Below, one piece after another: positions 50,431 through 63,960 of a stretch of 64,000 bases of DNA; position 1 is the stretch's first letter, and every line of letters begins with the position of its first letter. Source of the DNA: Octopus vulgaris (lineage: Eukaryota). The translations under genes were made by a program, and so were the position numbers. Location: positions 1,116,001 through 1,180,000 of the forward strand of contig OX597835.1 in assembly GCA_951406725.2 (NCBI GenBank). Reading direction: 5' to 3'. The notes below the pieces were generated by a model. The model was not told where the DNA came from. It did not search any database and saw only the letters and a list, made by a program, of their open reading frames with translations.

Positions 50431-51404
50431 TATGTTTTTGGTTACATCTTGGAACTTCAAGGACTTCACTGTCTCTCTTGTTTATTCAGTAGCAGTCTCC
50501 TGTTCTTGGATTGCCTTTGAAGTGTGATGTGATATAGCAGACATGAATCTAAGAGAGGCTTTGCTCCATGTTAACTTGATGTTTGTGGTTGGCATAAATT
50601 GAGTTGAGCATAAATCTATATATGAAGCTAGTGTTTATTTGGGTTTTGTATTTAAGACACAAATAGACACTTCCAACTGGACAAATACTAATATTCCAGC
50701 TAAACCCATGTAACAGGCCTTACACCAAAACACACAAAAAAAATTATTGTTGCAGAATTTGGCCTCTTATTTATGCATTACAAATGTATCAACAAGTCTT
50801 CTCTCTCTCTCTCCCCCTCTCATACACACACACACACAAGCTACAAGAATCCACAGTTAACATCAATTGAGCAATGACACACATTATTATCACAACACAA
50901 TTCTGCTTTTTTACTTGTCTCCAAGACCTTCACTACCATAAAACAGCCATGCATTAAAATAGCTGTGAAAAATAATCTTTTCTGCTAGCTTACCTGTGTT
51001 AAAGATTGTACTTACATTTGATATATTCTGTTAAATTATACTTCTCCTGCTGTGCTAACCAATTCCAGCATTGACGCTGTTCCAAAATACACTGCATTGT
51101 AAAAGGTATTCAACTACACATAGCTATCATATTCCAATCTGAAAGATCAATCACAAGATGACAATATACGTGTGCTGTGTTCTTATGACAGACAAGATCA
51201 AAAACATATCAATTTGACTATATAACTCTACCATAATTATTTCACTACAGCGCTCTACCCACACCTACACAACAGCAACCACTGCAAATGACATAATTCA
51301 TAGAGCAGTTTATGCCTTACCAATCTACCAAAATAGATGTAAAATTAGACATCGTTCACTCAGATTAAGTTTGACATCAAATAACTTCACATAAAATACT
51401 CTCC

Positions 51405-51466
<62 letters not shown>

Positions 51467-52079
51467 TAATATAAATGATTCTCGTATGTGAAAACGTTTT
51501 TAATGTTTATAACACATCAACATACTTCAAACATATTTAGTCTTGCTGTTGCTGTTGAAGAGCAATATTGGATTATATTAAGTTTTATTACAAAATTATT
51601 TTCCAGTCATTAAAAGTATGTCAGCTACGATCAATTTGTCTTTTTATTCCTCTGATAGAGTATCTGTTACCTAATGTGGCCTTCCCTTTTGGTTGATGTT
51701 TACAGTCAATTCAACTGAAATTAAATAGACAAATGATCAAAAACATTCAAGTCATAACCCTCTATCTTATTTTCAACCATAGCATATTGAGAACAATGTT
51801 TTCCTATATTTACTTCCTTTTTTAAGATAGTAGGGTGTGCTTTGAGGTAGACATGGCTGGTATTTCAAGCAGGTCTAATGACCATGTTGTAGGTAAGACA
51901 CAAATTGAAACAGATTCTGTCATTGTATTATGGTTCACCACAGTGACCTGCCAATGATTTCATCCAGTAGGGGCTTTTCAAGCTGTCAACTGAGAAAAAA
52001 GTCGAAATTCTTTTTAAGTTTGGAAGAAAATTCAGCATTCATGAAGTCTTGAAGCCGATTGAGAGACTACCAAATTAGG

Positions 52080-52297
52080 TGTGTGTGTGTGTGTGTGTGT
52101 GGGTCTTTGTGTCTGCGTTTGTCCTTCACCAATGCTTGACAACTGTAACTTAACAGTTTGATACAAGCAACCAAAAGAATAAGTACCAGAATTTAGAAAA
52201 AGTACTGGAGTAGATTCATTAGACTAAAAATTATATAAGTTATGCCCCAGCATGGCCACAATCTACTGATTGGAACAAGTAGAAGACAAAAGATAAA
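52080..52297 (+). mobile_element. SINE family A, 3' half
   Basis: (GT)n..GCTTGACAACTG..AATAAGTACCAG..CCAGCATGGCCACA..AAGTAGAAGACAAAAGATAAAA. Confidence 0.7.
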
Positions 52298-52871
52298 ATG
52301 TGTCCTCTTCGGTACTGAATAATCGTAGGAAATATATCAGAAAGCAATAAAACAAACTTGTAAATTGACTAAATATGCATTTCTCGTCTAAATCTGTCGG
52401 CCTATGGGGAAAGCTTCAGGAAAGTCACTCACCACAAGAGAAAAAAAGTTGATGTGTTTGCTTAACACGGCTGAAAGGCTTTCTCTTGTCTTTTGCTTTC
52501 TGAAAGCAAGCATTAAAAAATTTGCTTTCTGCTTACAACTTAGCATGACTGGAAGGCAAGCAGTAAAATATCTGCTTTCTCTGTCTTTTTCTTTCCTAGT
52601 CCCTGACTCATATTTTGTTTTGTCCTTCCTTTTTATGCTGCTCTTCCAATGATTGAAAGTAAGCAGTAAAAACTTTGCTTTCGTTTGCCTTTCTTTCTCT
52701 TGACCACTTTATACTAAGAAATGAAGGAATGCAAAATAAAAGTAAATATGACTACAAGGAACCTAGTGAAAATTATCAATAATCAATTATATATTACACG
52801 AAAATTATTTATTGTGGGAAAATAGTAAGGCATGCAGTGCATACATAGACACTTTGCCCCTGATATATATA

Positions 52872-52910
<39 letters not shown>

Positions 52911-52913
<3 letters not shown>

Positions 52914-53493
52914 GAGACCGAGACCTATGGAAGTATGATGTGCGTGAGAAGACCCGGCAAGACCAGTGAGAATAGTCAAAATCAAAATCAAACCAAATCA
53001 AATCAGATATCAGAAAGCAGAACCAAAATTGAGGTCGATCAACATCAGTGGAAATTGCAGCTGGGGTTAAGTGAACCATCCGATCGTGGTCATTGCCGGC
53101 GCCGCCCCGTCTGGCCTCCGTGCCGGTGGCACGTAAAACCACCATCCATTCGTGTTCGCTGCCAGCCTCGCCTGGCCCCTGTGCTGGTGGCACGTAAAAG
53201 TACCATCCGCTCGTGTCCGTTGCCAGCCTCGCCTGGCCCCGTGCTGGTGGCATGTAAAAGCACCATCCGTTCGTGGCCGTTTGCCAGCTCTGTCTGGCAC
53301 CTGTGCGGGTGGCACGTAAAAAGCACCCACTACACTCACGGAGTGGTTGGCGTTAGGAAGGGCAGCCAGCCATAGAAACAATGCCAGATCTGACTGGGCC
53401 TGATGCAGCCTTCCGGCTTCACAGACCCCAGTTGAACCGTCCAACCCATGCTAGCATGGAAACCGGACGCTAAATGATGATGATGATGATGAT
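52911..53493 (+). mobile_element. RTE-clade LINE 3' end with four repeats of about 60 bp in the 3' UTR (young, CpG-rich)
   Basis: RDRDLWKYDVREKTRQDQ*; repeat cores at 53125, 53186, 53246 and 53308; tail GCTAGCATGGAAACCGGACGCTAAAT(GAT)n. Confidence 0.85.
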
Positions 53494-53526
53494 GTATATA
53501 TATATATATTGTATATATGTATTGTA

Positions 53527-53560
<34 letters not shown>

Positions 53561-53562
<2 letters not shown>

Positions 53563-53792
53563 GTCAAGATAAAACTCTGAGTTTCAGATGCCGAAGTGGA
53601 AATCCACGACACCATCTCTTCGGTTATCTGGCCATCTGAAAAACGCTAATGGTGTTGTGGATTTCCACTCCGGCATCTGAAACTCAAGAGTTTTATCTTG
53701 ACTATTGAGTAAATGTAACATAGCGTTTTTCAGATGGCCAGATAACCAAAGAGATGGTGTTGTGGATTTCCACTTTGGCATCTGAAACTCAG

Positions 53793-53795
<3 letters not shown>
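53561..53795. repeat. Nested inverted repeat: A, partial A', spacer, A'
   Basis: A = 53561-53648; 53649-53704 is the reverse complement of the first 55 nt of A; 53721-53795 is the reverse complement of its last 75 nt. Confidence 0.9.
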
Positions 53796-54582
<787 letters not shown>

Positions 54583-55134
54583 TTCCTGTTGTAGTGGTGC
54601 AATAACAAGTGAGAGAATATTTTTGGAATGACGAGAAATGTATTCCTGGTCAGTAGTCCACAAAATCAATAGGAAGACTTTTGTAGTTGAGCCCCACACC
54701 CGATGATGGTATTGTTTAATGCCTGGGGGTGGGCATGGTGCAGAAGCTAATAAAGAGGAGACAAAAATGTAAAGTAGAGGCATGGAAAAGAGATATGCAA
54801 AACAAAATTGCTGTTGCCATGGTGAATTTTAAAGTGAAGATAAATGAATAATAAAACAAAATGTAATCAGCAAAAAAAAAAACCCAAAATAATCTGGTAA
54901 AACTTATAAATAAATATGACACTGAATTATAATCTTGTTGGGTCAGAGACTTTTCTGTAAGTGTAATATGTAAAAATAAGTTTGTGTTAGGAGTGGTGTT
55001 TTTTGTTTTTACTGAATGTGTGCTAATCTCCTTGAAAACAAACATTTTGCTGTATCTTGGGCGGGAGATACAAAACAAATACAGATACAAAAATGAAAGA
55101 AACAAATAATAATAATGATAATAATAATAATTAA

Positions 55135-58100
55135 TTCTTTTTATTGGCCAAAAAGGGCTGACAAATATGATTAGAAAACATAAAGGGAAAAAACAGGGCG
55201 AAAGGTTACAAAAGGTTTTGTCCAGTTTTTGAAAAAATCGTGTAAAAAGGCAGTTTAACAATGAAAATCTCCCAATAGGGGGAGGCGTTAAGAAAAAAGA
55301 AAAGGTCTCACGTGGAAAAGTCCATAAAAGCCACAGGAGCCTGGTCAAAAGCGGGGTAGAGAGCCCCTTTCTCCTTTTATAATACCTTTTTTAATTACAG
55401 GCGAAACCTGAGAATTGGTCCATTTATACTGGCCATTTGTGCACAATTCACCCACCCTTCAGAAAACTTGCTATCAGACAGCACTCTCCTCTCTAACCTC
55501 ATCTTCCTTTTCAAGTGAAACTTGAAAAAGTCGATGAGGCCTTGACCAAAGAGGAAAGTGTCTGACTTTAGCCCTTTCAAACGGGTCCACCATACAACCT
55601 CTTTCGCCACAACCACTAGACACAGGAAAACGGCCTCGCCCTCCTTGTTAAAGGAGGTTGGCGGGGCAATCTTCACTATGGATTCAGATGATAGCCGGAT
55701 CCGTCCTATACGTGACAGTAGCTGTTCGACATAAACCCATAGTTCAGCAATACTCGGGCACTGGACGAGTGCATGCAGAATGGTTTCGTCGTCCTGGCAA
55801 CACCTCGGGCAGGCCCAGCTGACGGCACTTCCCTACCGGTAGAGTTTATCCCAAACAAGCAGAGCCCCTCGGTACCACTGCCAGGCGAGCGACCTCTGGA
55901 AATTATCCATTGGCCCTGGCCCGAAAGTCCTTCCGAAGAGACCGCTCAGTTCATTATCATCAACGCCTAGAGTTTCCCCGAGAACGTCGTCGCATTTTTC
56001 CTCCACTAACCCTCTATAGAAAGCTAGAGTGGAACTAAAACTGATCGCATTGCCCGCTTGGCAGAGGGCAGAGAGAGCTTGATGGTACTCGAGGTGCCAA
56101 GCACCCTTTCTCGGTCTACGTTTGTTCCAGGTTTGCAGCTCTGTCAAAGAGACAAGCTGCGGAAAGTCGCTTCTGACAAAAGACAACCACACCTGTTCAC
56201 CGTCTAGGAAACTCTTGAGATGTCGCAGCTTGAGCGCATGTCTGTGCATCAGTAACCACAGCATGCCAAGGCCTCCGTTCAGCGGTCGTTGACAGCAGAT
56301 GGATTGCCTGACTAGTGGCACCTGACCCTTCCACAAAAAGTTGAAGAGCAGGCGTACCAGCTTGGCCAACCAGCGGTCGGGACAAGGGACGACGGTCAAG
56401 CGGTAATAGGTGACAGATGCGATGTATGGATTCGCCACCTCCGCTCAACCTTTCAGGGACAGCTTCCTCTCAGCCCATTTCTGGGTGAGTTTGGCCACCC
56501 TGCTCGTCACTTCTTCCCAGTCTTTATCCACCTGGAGGTCCGGACCAAACCGGACCCTGAGCAGTTTAATGGGTGCATCTGTCCAGCGCCCTACAACGCT
56601 GTTGGATGGCATGGGCTTGCCTCTTCAGGTGCCCAGTTGCAAGCCCACAGACTTTTCCGCATTAATCTTTGCCCCTGTCACCGCTTTGTACTCATTTAGC
56701 GTCTCGCCAATCATGGTGACGTCGTTAGCATAGGCAGACACACTGTTTCCGTCTCCTAGATCACGCGGGATACCCCTCAAAGCCTCCAACTTGCGCAGTA
56801 ATGGCTCGAGAGTCAATATGTACAAGAGGGAGGAGAGAGGGCATCCTTGGCGGACTGAACGCAAGATGTCAAACGGTTCCGAAAGGTGACCGTTTACCCG
56901 TATCACCGAGCAGATGTTGCTGTATAAAGCAGCGATCCACCTGCGGAAGACTGGACCAAAGCCAGCTGCCTTGAGAACAGCTGCCAGGTACCGATGGTCG
57001 ACCCTATCGAAGGCTTTACTCTGATCTAAATTGATCAAAGCCCCACCCGCGCCAGTGTCGTTACCCACCCTCTCTATGATGTAGCGCATGAGATGGAGGT
57101 TGTCGTGTATCAACCTGGTCAGCACGGCGCATGTCTGCGTCCTGCCAACCAGCTTGTCCACGACAAGCGCCAATCTCTTGGCCAAAATCTTCAACTCTGC
57201 ATTGAGCAGAGTGATGGGCTGAAAATTCCCTATAGCGTCCCCCTTGTTTGGGTCCTTTCTCAGCAAAGCCACCACCCCTCGACAGACAAAAGCAGGAATT
57301 CTCCCATTTTGCTGCCAGTTGCAGTAGACGTTTACCAACAGGCCCGCAAACAAGTCTGGCATTGAAGTGTAAAGCTCATAGGGCAGACCATCCAAACCCA
57401 GCGATCTACCTCTCGTGCAACTCTTCATTGCTTCCTCCACTTCCCAGGCAGATATCGGTCCTTCGCAGCACTCTGCCTCGCTGTCTGAGAGTTGCGGTAG
57501 GCCGTCCAGATATACACCAAAGTCTGTACCATCGTCCGTTCCACCACTCGTCCTAAACAGTTGAGCAAAGTGCCACTGAAACACTGCACACATCTGCTTC
57601 GGTTCGGTAACTTCGCACCCGTTCTGGTCCACCAAAGACCGAATGGTTGCTTTGTTGCCTCGCTTTGCTTCCACCACACAGGCCCATCGAGCGGCTCTAG
57701 TCCCCTCCCCGCTTAGCAAACGTGCCTTAGCTCTGACAATGCAGCCTTCATGTTTGGTGTCAAAGTGTTGGTTGAGGGCCAACCTTGCCGCCAACATGTC
57801 GGTCGCGATGCCAGTCTCAAGAGCCTCGTCTAGTTTCTTAACTAAATCTCGCTCTCTCTTCCTACGTTCAGTAGCTAGAGTCTTACTAAACCTAATCGAC
57901 TCTACTCTAATTGCTTTCTTGAGGGCAAACCACCAGTTGTTGTTGATGATTGCCCCCGTGAGCGCCCGCTTAACTAGTAAACTAATCTGGTCTCTCTAGG
58001 CTTTGCACACCGTTAACGACACGTTCAGCTTCCAGTAGCCGGGTCCCTGTCTATGTAGCCTATCTAAGTCAACCGTACAGATCACGAATTTGTGGTCCAT

Positions 58101-58238
58101 GTAGTCGACTAGGTGGAATTGTGGACACCCTATGCTGTCCTTATGCTGGCCTACAAAACACTCTATCTAAGTACGATCTAGATGACCCGATGCGATTGGT
58201 CCAAGTCCACATTGGCACATTCGGGTTGTCTAGTCGAA
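55135..58238 (-). mobile_element. Tx1/L1-clade LINE ORF2, 5'-truncated, with frameshifts
   Basis: End of endonuclease WTNRIGSSRSYLDR..DHKFV..GPGYWKLN; RT SLGLDGLPYE, FQPITLLNAELKILAK, NLDQSKAFDRVDH, VRQGCPLS, AYANDV; FNFLWKG..GGLG; AATAAA on minus near 55140 followed by (TTA)n. Confidence 0.92.
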
Positions 58239-58244
58239 AATAAT

Positions 58245-58460
58245 CTTTTCTACTAAAGGCACAAGGCTTGAAATTTCAGTGGGAGGGGACTAGTCATTTA
58301 TATTGACCCCTGCGTTTCACTGGTACTTAATTTATTGACACCAAAAGGATGAATGGCAAGGTCGACCTCAGCGGAATTTGAACTCAGAACATGAACACAA
58401 ATGAAATACTACCAAAAATTTCGCCTGGGATGCTAACGATTCTGCTAGTCACCACCTTAA
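58245..58460 (-). mobile_element. SINE family C
   Basis: CTGGTACTTAATTTATTGAC..GGTCGACCTCAGCGGAATTTGAACTCAGAAC. Confidence 0.8.
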
Positions 58461-58479
58461 TGATAATGATAATAGATGA

Positions 58480-59780
58480 CAATCTGTCAGTGTCCATGGC
58501 TCTGCAAATTGGGACTTAACTCCAGAGCAATATTTGGATGAAGATATGGGACCAACTGATGCTCACCTATTTCCTAGTGAGAATCTGGATCATGGTCCCC
58601 AACACACAGAAATGCAAAGGGAACAGGCCCAACTTATGGGTAGTAAGAGCTCAGCAGTCTTGGTTAACTCCTTTGCCAAACCAACAGGAGAAGTGTGAGA
58701 CAAGGCAAGTATCTGGTGCCTTCAGATAACCACTGCTCCAGGTAGGCTGTACTTGTTAGCCTTGGGTGGCAAGATGCCTAGGAGAGGGAACGTTCTCAGT
58801 CCAAAACTAGGGGAGCAAAGACCCTGCTGCCTTGGTGGACTGCCTTGATAGAGATGATGTCTTGATAAAAATACCAGTTGGCAGTAACCTAAAAACACAC
58901 CTCATTGGTGAGTGAAAATGTCAAGCAAAAGAAATGATGATAACGGTGTGAATGGTATTGGAACCACTGGTGAAGGTACCACACCTGGCTGGTGCCCCAC
59001 TATGCAGCAGGGTTGGCCCAGTCGTAATCCAACAACTGCTAGCTATACTACAAGACATACTCCTTGTACTGGTCAAAATATGCAATGTACTCACAAATGC
59101 AAGTGGTCTGTTGATAGGAACCGAAAGGCGATCCAGTGCCAGGAATAAGCCTTGCTAGACAAGAACAATGGCAAATGTAAAGCTGTTGGAAAAAGCTCAT
59201 TGGAACTTTGGAACCAGCTGGGTATGTTCCAGATTACTGAAAATGGGCTCCTGGATCAGATAAGAATAATTCTGAATAGAGGCTTTCTTAATGAGGCCCA
59301 GATACTGACAATCATGTAAAGCCTCTGTAGTGGTGATAATCTTGAGGAGACTAACGTTGGTGAAGATCAGCGAATACATAGCCAAGGTGAAGTTGTAATG
59401 GAGGAGAGGCCAGCCAATCAGTATAATGTAGAAAACTGTAACAATGTGAAATGTGTGATCCAAAATGTTGATGAGATTCTGAAATACATTCCGACAAAAG
59501 ATCTAACGGAAACAAGGGACTTGGTCAGATCCGCTTCAATTTTAGTAGGTGAACTGGTTGGAAAAGAAGAGAGTGAAGTAGATGGACAGAAGTGGCCATG
59601 ATGGAGATGGAGCAATGAAGGCGATATTCTAACTTTGTGTAAAGATCAGAGCCACATAGAAGAGTTGTCCAAAGGGTAATGGAAAAATGGGGGAAAAAAA
59701 GTGCAAGGGTATATCTTGACATGAAGTACCAAATAGAAAAGAAAGGGTTCAAAACTGTCATCATAACCCTAAAACAACAT
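58480..59780 (+). mobile_element. R4/Dong-clade LINE 5' region (UTR and N-terminal ORF), degenerate
   Basis: VDEILKYIPTKDLTETRDLVRSASILVGELVG..KWP*W..LDMKYQIEKKGFKTVIITLKQ is homologous to ORF 59835-60266; assignment of 58480-59390 is less certain. Confidence 0.6.
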
Positions 59781-60526
59781 GTTATAAAATCTCCTCTGGT
59801 CAAATAATCTATTCTCTTGATACTGATCTCCTCTTTACTGATATCCGGAGAGCCTGCCTGCTACTGCTATGATACGCTGTTTCAACTCTTCTATTACTCT
59901 CCCAAATCCCTTCACTTTCGCTAAGTATATTTTCTCAGGGTAAGATATTCGATTTGTGTTCCCTAACTTGTTCAGTTTCCAGGCTTCTATTCTACTCAGA
60001 TCTTGTCTTAAAGTCTTCACTTTATTTTGTAGTCTCCTTTTCCACATTTGCTCTTTTAAAATCTTTCCCTGTGAGATATCTAATCTTCTAGTAACTACTA
60101 CCCTTCCTGCATAGATCAGTAAATTAGTGTCTCCTATATTTTTAGTATCTATCCTGCTGCTGATAACAGAATCTACTTTCCAAGTCACTTCTAGTAGCTT
60201 CCTTCTGTTGATGTCTTTTAATGCTGGCAATTTTTTTCTTACTTCTTTACTCATTACTTCCTGCAACTCATCTAAGATCTTCTGATCTTCCTCGCTTAAG
60301 TTGCTGTTGCCAGTTGTCCCTTCCTTATTGGTAGCACTATTATTATTTTTTTCCTTTAGATTCTTCTTTGGTTTGAACTGTATCTCTTATGTTGTTGCTT
60401 GTCTTTCCTACTGCCTGGTTTTTCTTTACCAATTCTCTTGTGATCTCTTCTACTTCCAATTCTGTCATCCACTTTCTTCTAACACCATTAGCTTGATCAA
60501 TTAATCTCTGCTCATTCGCTTTAAAC
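59781..60526 (-). mobile_element. R4/Dong-clade LINE N-terminal ORF fragment
   Basis: EQRLIDQ..WMTELEVEEI; LPALK..TNLLIYAG..MWKRRLQNKVKTLRQDLSRI..VIEELKQRIIA..DQYQENRLFDQRRFY. Confidence 0.8.
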
Positions 60527-60544
60527 ATTATTATTATTATTTAT

Positions 60545-60930
60545 TGTCTTTGTACATCTTCTAATGCTGGAGATGTACTATGGTGCCAGCTGTTCACTAC
60601 CAGTGAACTAAGGTAACACCCCTTATTTTTTGAGCACCGTCTGGAGTGTTCGAGCGGTTCCAAGCAGTGCTGTTTTCTGCAAGTGCTCCACCCTTATTGC
60701 AGCCCCTATTTGTTCTATGTACTTCTTAAGATTTTTACTCACTGTTCCCAGGTCTCGGACAGTTATTGGTTCCACTGCCACCTTTTTTCAATGACCACAA
60801 CTGCCTAACCTCCCAAGAAATGTCATATCTGTTGATGTTTCTTTCTTCCTTATTGCATACCTTGTTGTCAGCTGGGCATGCTGTATCTATGATCCAGCAT
60901 TGTTTGCTTTCTTTTTCAATCAACACTATA
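60545..60930 (-). mobile_element. R4/Dong-clade LINE 3' end (RLE domain and 3' UTR) within (TAA)n
   Basis: IVLIEKESKQCWIIDTACPADNKVCNKEE..WEVRQLW; LGTVSKNLKKYIEQIG..LQKTALLGTARTLQTVL*; (TAA)n on both sides on the minus strand. Confidence 0.85.
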
Positions 60931-60949
60931 TGATTATTATTATTATTAT

Positions 60950-60985
<36 letters not shown>

Positions 60986-61292
60986 CCTTGTAAAAAGTTA
61001 TTTTATTCTTAGTAACATTTGTGTTGAAGTTAACTTTGTAGGTGACGTTGTTACAAACTGCTGTGAGGGTTATCAAGTTACCATTCTGTTGTGTGTGCTG
61101 CCTAGCTGCCCTATTCATGAGAGATCGATAATTCCAACTGTAATACAAGTCTGCTGCTGTTGTGTGGGCGGGCGACTAATTATGAGGTAGAGGGGTGGTG
61201 GGGTTCTTTTCAGTTCTCTTTTGTTCAGTCTCATTTCTGGGGTTTGTTTTGATGGTCTTATATAATCAACATGACTTTATGCGTACTTGCTC

Positions 61293-61303
61293 ATATATGT
61301 ATA

Positions 61304-61353
<50 letters not shown>

Positions 61354-61362
61354 TATATATAT

Positions 61363-61393
<31 letters not shown>

Positions 61394-61394
61394 C

Positions 61395-61428
<34 letters not shown>

Positions 61429-61511
61429 GTACAAATATACATATATATACATACATATATATACACATACACACACACATACATACATACATACATACAT
61501 ACATACATACA
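61293..61511. repeat. Compound (TA)n/(CA)n/(TACA)n microsatellite
   Basis: Direct inspection. Confidence 0.95.
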
Positions 61512-61989
61512 ACAAATTAAAAGCAGCCTTAGCAATGTAAACATTATCGATCGCATGTACACACAATAATGTTTGCATTTTGTTCATTCACCAAAGTCGC
61601 TGTGAGACAGTGTTTGGGGAGAGACTCCTTTGCAACACTGGATGTTAAAATACCTGAAGGTCATGGACCAAATGAGACAACTTGTCTGAGAACAAATCAA
61701 AAATGATGGAAACTGATCACCATTATTGTGCCTTACCAATCCCATGCACCTGGTTCTTTATTCCTCAGCGTTCTTGTTGAATATAATCTTGCTTCTGTTT
61801 CAATTCTGAATTGCACTTCAGCTATGCCATATTTTTTTCCCAAGGGTAACGTGGGTCTTGTGTTCTCACACATACCAAAGCACTTCTGTGTTTGTATCTT
61901 AGTTACAATGTAATTTCGTTCCGAGGCAGTGGTGTATAACCGTGCATCTTGCAGTGTTTTGTGGAGAGTTTGAATAAAGAGGGTAAACC

Positions 61990-62195
61990 TGTTTAATTAT
62001 GAAAATTTAATGTCGTGGCCATAACAAAGTCTGAGAAAGCAAAGCAGCAGCAATTAAGATATGATGTGGTTATCGAAAAATGTGATTATTATATTGTTAT
62101 TGTAAGAGCCTTGAGTATTATAAGTGCCAAACTCATAAACTGGAGCTTTTGAAGAAAACACTTTTGCTTGGAACTGCATGAATCTTCAAGAGATC
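61990..62195 (+). mobile_element. Possible R4/Dong RLE remnant
   Basis: IVIVRALSII..ELLKKTLLLGTA*IFKR. Confidence 0.4.
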
Positions 62196-62199
62196 TGAA

Positions 62200-63287
62200 A
62201 TCTGAATGTGCATATTTTGCTTTATGAGTTCAATAAAGGCAACAATGCAACAGAAAGTGCGAGGAGTATTAATACAGTCTTTGGGGATCAGACAATGAGC
62301 ATAAGCCAGTGTCAATGGTGGTTCCAGAAATTCTGAGCCGGAAACTAGAGTCTAGAAGACAAGCCTCATCCTGGAAGATCTGTAGAGCTCGACGACAACA
62401 TCCTGCAAACCCTGGTAGAACTAAATGCTATCATAACTGTTGAGGAACTAGCAGAGAAGCTTGAATTTGGTCATTCAATTATTCATTGAGACCTGCGTGC
62501 CATAAAAAAAGTCAGCAAATTGGGTCAATGGGTTCTTCATAAACATTCCAAGTTTAATCGAGCACAGAAAGTGAATGTGTAATTTTCTTTGCTGCCATGT
62601 CTCACGATTGAACCTTTTTGGACTGAATAATGACTGGTGACAAGAAATGGATTCTTTATAAAAGTATCAAGTGCTGAATACAGTAGTTAGGGAAAGGAGA
62701 AACACCAGTACCCCAGGCTCAAGAAGGTCTTCACTCATGTATGAGTGTTGTTAATCTGTTTGGTGGGCTACGAAAGGTTTAGTCCACTTTGAACTTTTAA
62801 ATCCAAACCAAATGATAACAAAGGAGATCTACTGTGAGCAGCTTGAGCGGCCTAAGTCAGCGCCAGAAGAAAATTGAGCATCTTTGGTTCCAAGACGAAA
62901 GGTGTTCTTCCATCAGGATAATGCTCAGCTACATATAGCAAGGATAACATTCCAAAGGCTGGAGCAGTTTGAATGGGAAACGATGCCCCACCCACCATAT
63001 TCACCAGACATTGCCCCATCTGATTACCATTTATGCTGCAGTCTTCAAAATCATACAGATGGAAAAAATATGAATTCTGTAGACGAGGTCAGAGCAGTAT
63101 TGGAGGAGTATTTTTCATCAAGGACAAGTGAATCTTGGAAGAGGAGCCTTGCAAGTCTACCAGATAGATGGAAGAGCATTGTAGAAAATGAAGGAGAGTA
63201 TATTTTAGATTAAGAAAGAACTTTATCTTAATTTTGAAAAATAAAAGAAGCATAAAAAAAAACTGCATTATTTATGGGATGACCCAA
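62200..63287 (+). mobile_element. mariner (DD34D) transposon, 5' end missing, transposase pseudogene
   Basis: HILLYEFNKGNNATESAR..WFQKF..SLEDKPHPGR; WVLH; IMTGDKKW; FHQDNA; HPPYSPDIAPSDY; 3' TIR-like GCATTATTTATGGGATGACCCAA followed by TA. Confidence 0.92.
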
Positions 63288-63446
63288 TATAAGAACCTGA
63301 TCACTGATCTGCATTCAATTGCGTCCATTATAATCAAAAGTGGGTCAGGGGAAATCTTTAATGACCATCCCTCGTAAGTACTGCAAAGTATGCCACTCTG
63401 TTAATTCTGCTAATCCATCAAAATTATTTATAACAATGATAATAAT

Positions 63447-63960
63447 ACTTTCCAGTTTTGGCACAAAGCCAGCAATTTGTGATGAGGGGGAGATGAGTCG
63501 ATACCATAGACACCCAAAATTTGATTGCTACTTTGTTTCATTGACCTCAAAAGAATGAAATGCAAATCTAACTTCAGCAGGATTTGAACTCAGACTGTAA
63601 AGAATCATAAAAAAAAAATACTGCAAAGCATTTATTGCAATGCTCTAACGATTCTGCTTGCTCACTGCCCTAATAATGGTTTCTGATTTAGATACAAAAC
63701 CAGCTGTTTTGAGGGGATGGGGTTAGTCAACACAATTGACCTCAGTACTTGGCTGATACTTTATTTTATTCACCTGAAAGGAGGAAAGGCAAAGTTAACC
63801 TTGGTGGGAACGGTACTCAGAAGGGTAAAGTACCAGAAGAAATATCTCAATGTATTTTATTAAATGTTCTAAAGATTCTTCCATGACTAAACTGACCTTG
63901 GCTGAATTTGGACCCAGAATGGGAAGAAATAGAACAGATGATGTGCAACATTTTGTCTAA
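63447..63960 (-). mobile_element. Tandem cluster of diverged family C SINEs
   Basis: Two to three copies with GAAAGGCAAAGTTAACCTT and GATTTGAACTCAG motifs. Confidence 0.65.

Noticed and set aside
58500-58850. HDV-like or twister ribozyme in the putative R4 5' UTR
   Set aside because: Some short helices are present (GGGACCA/TGGTCCC) but I could not assemble either consensus fold
61195-61587. Overlapping ORFs rich in Y, I, H and T
   Set aside because: Microsatellite translations; the same applies to ORFs near 12663-13167 and 21139-21680
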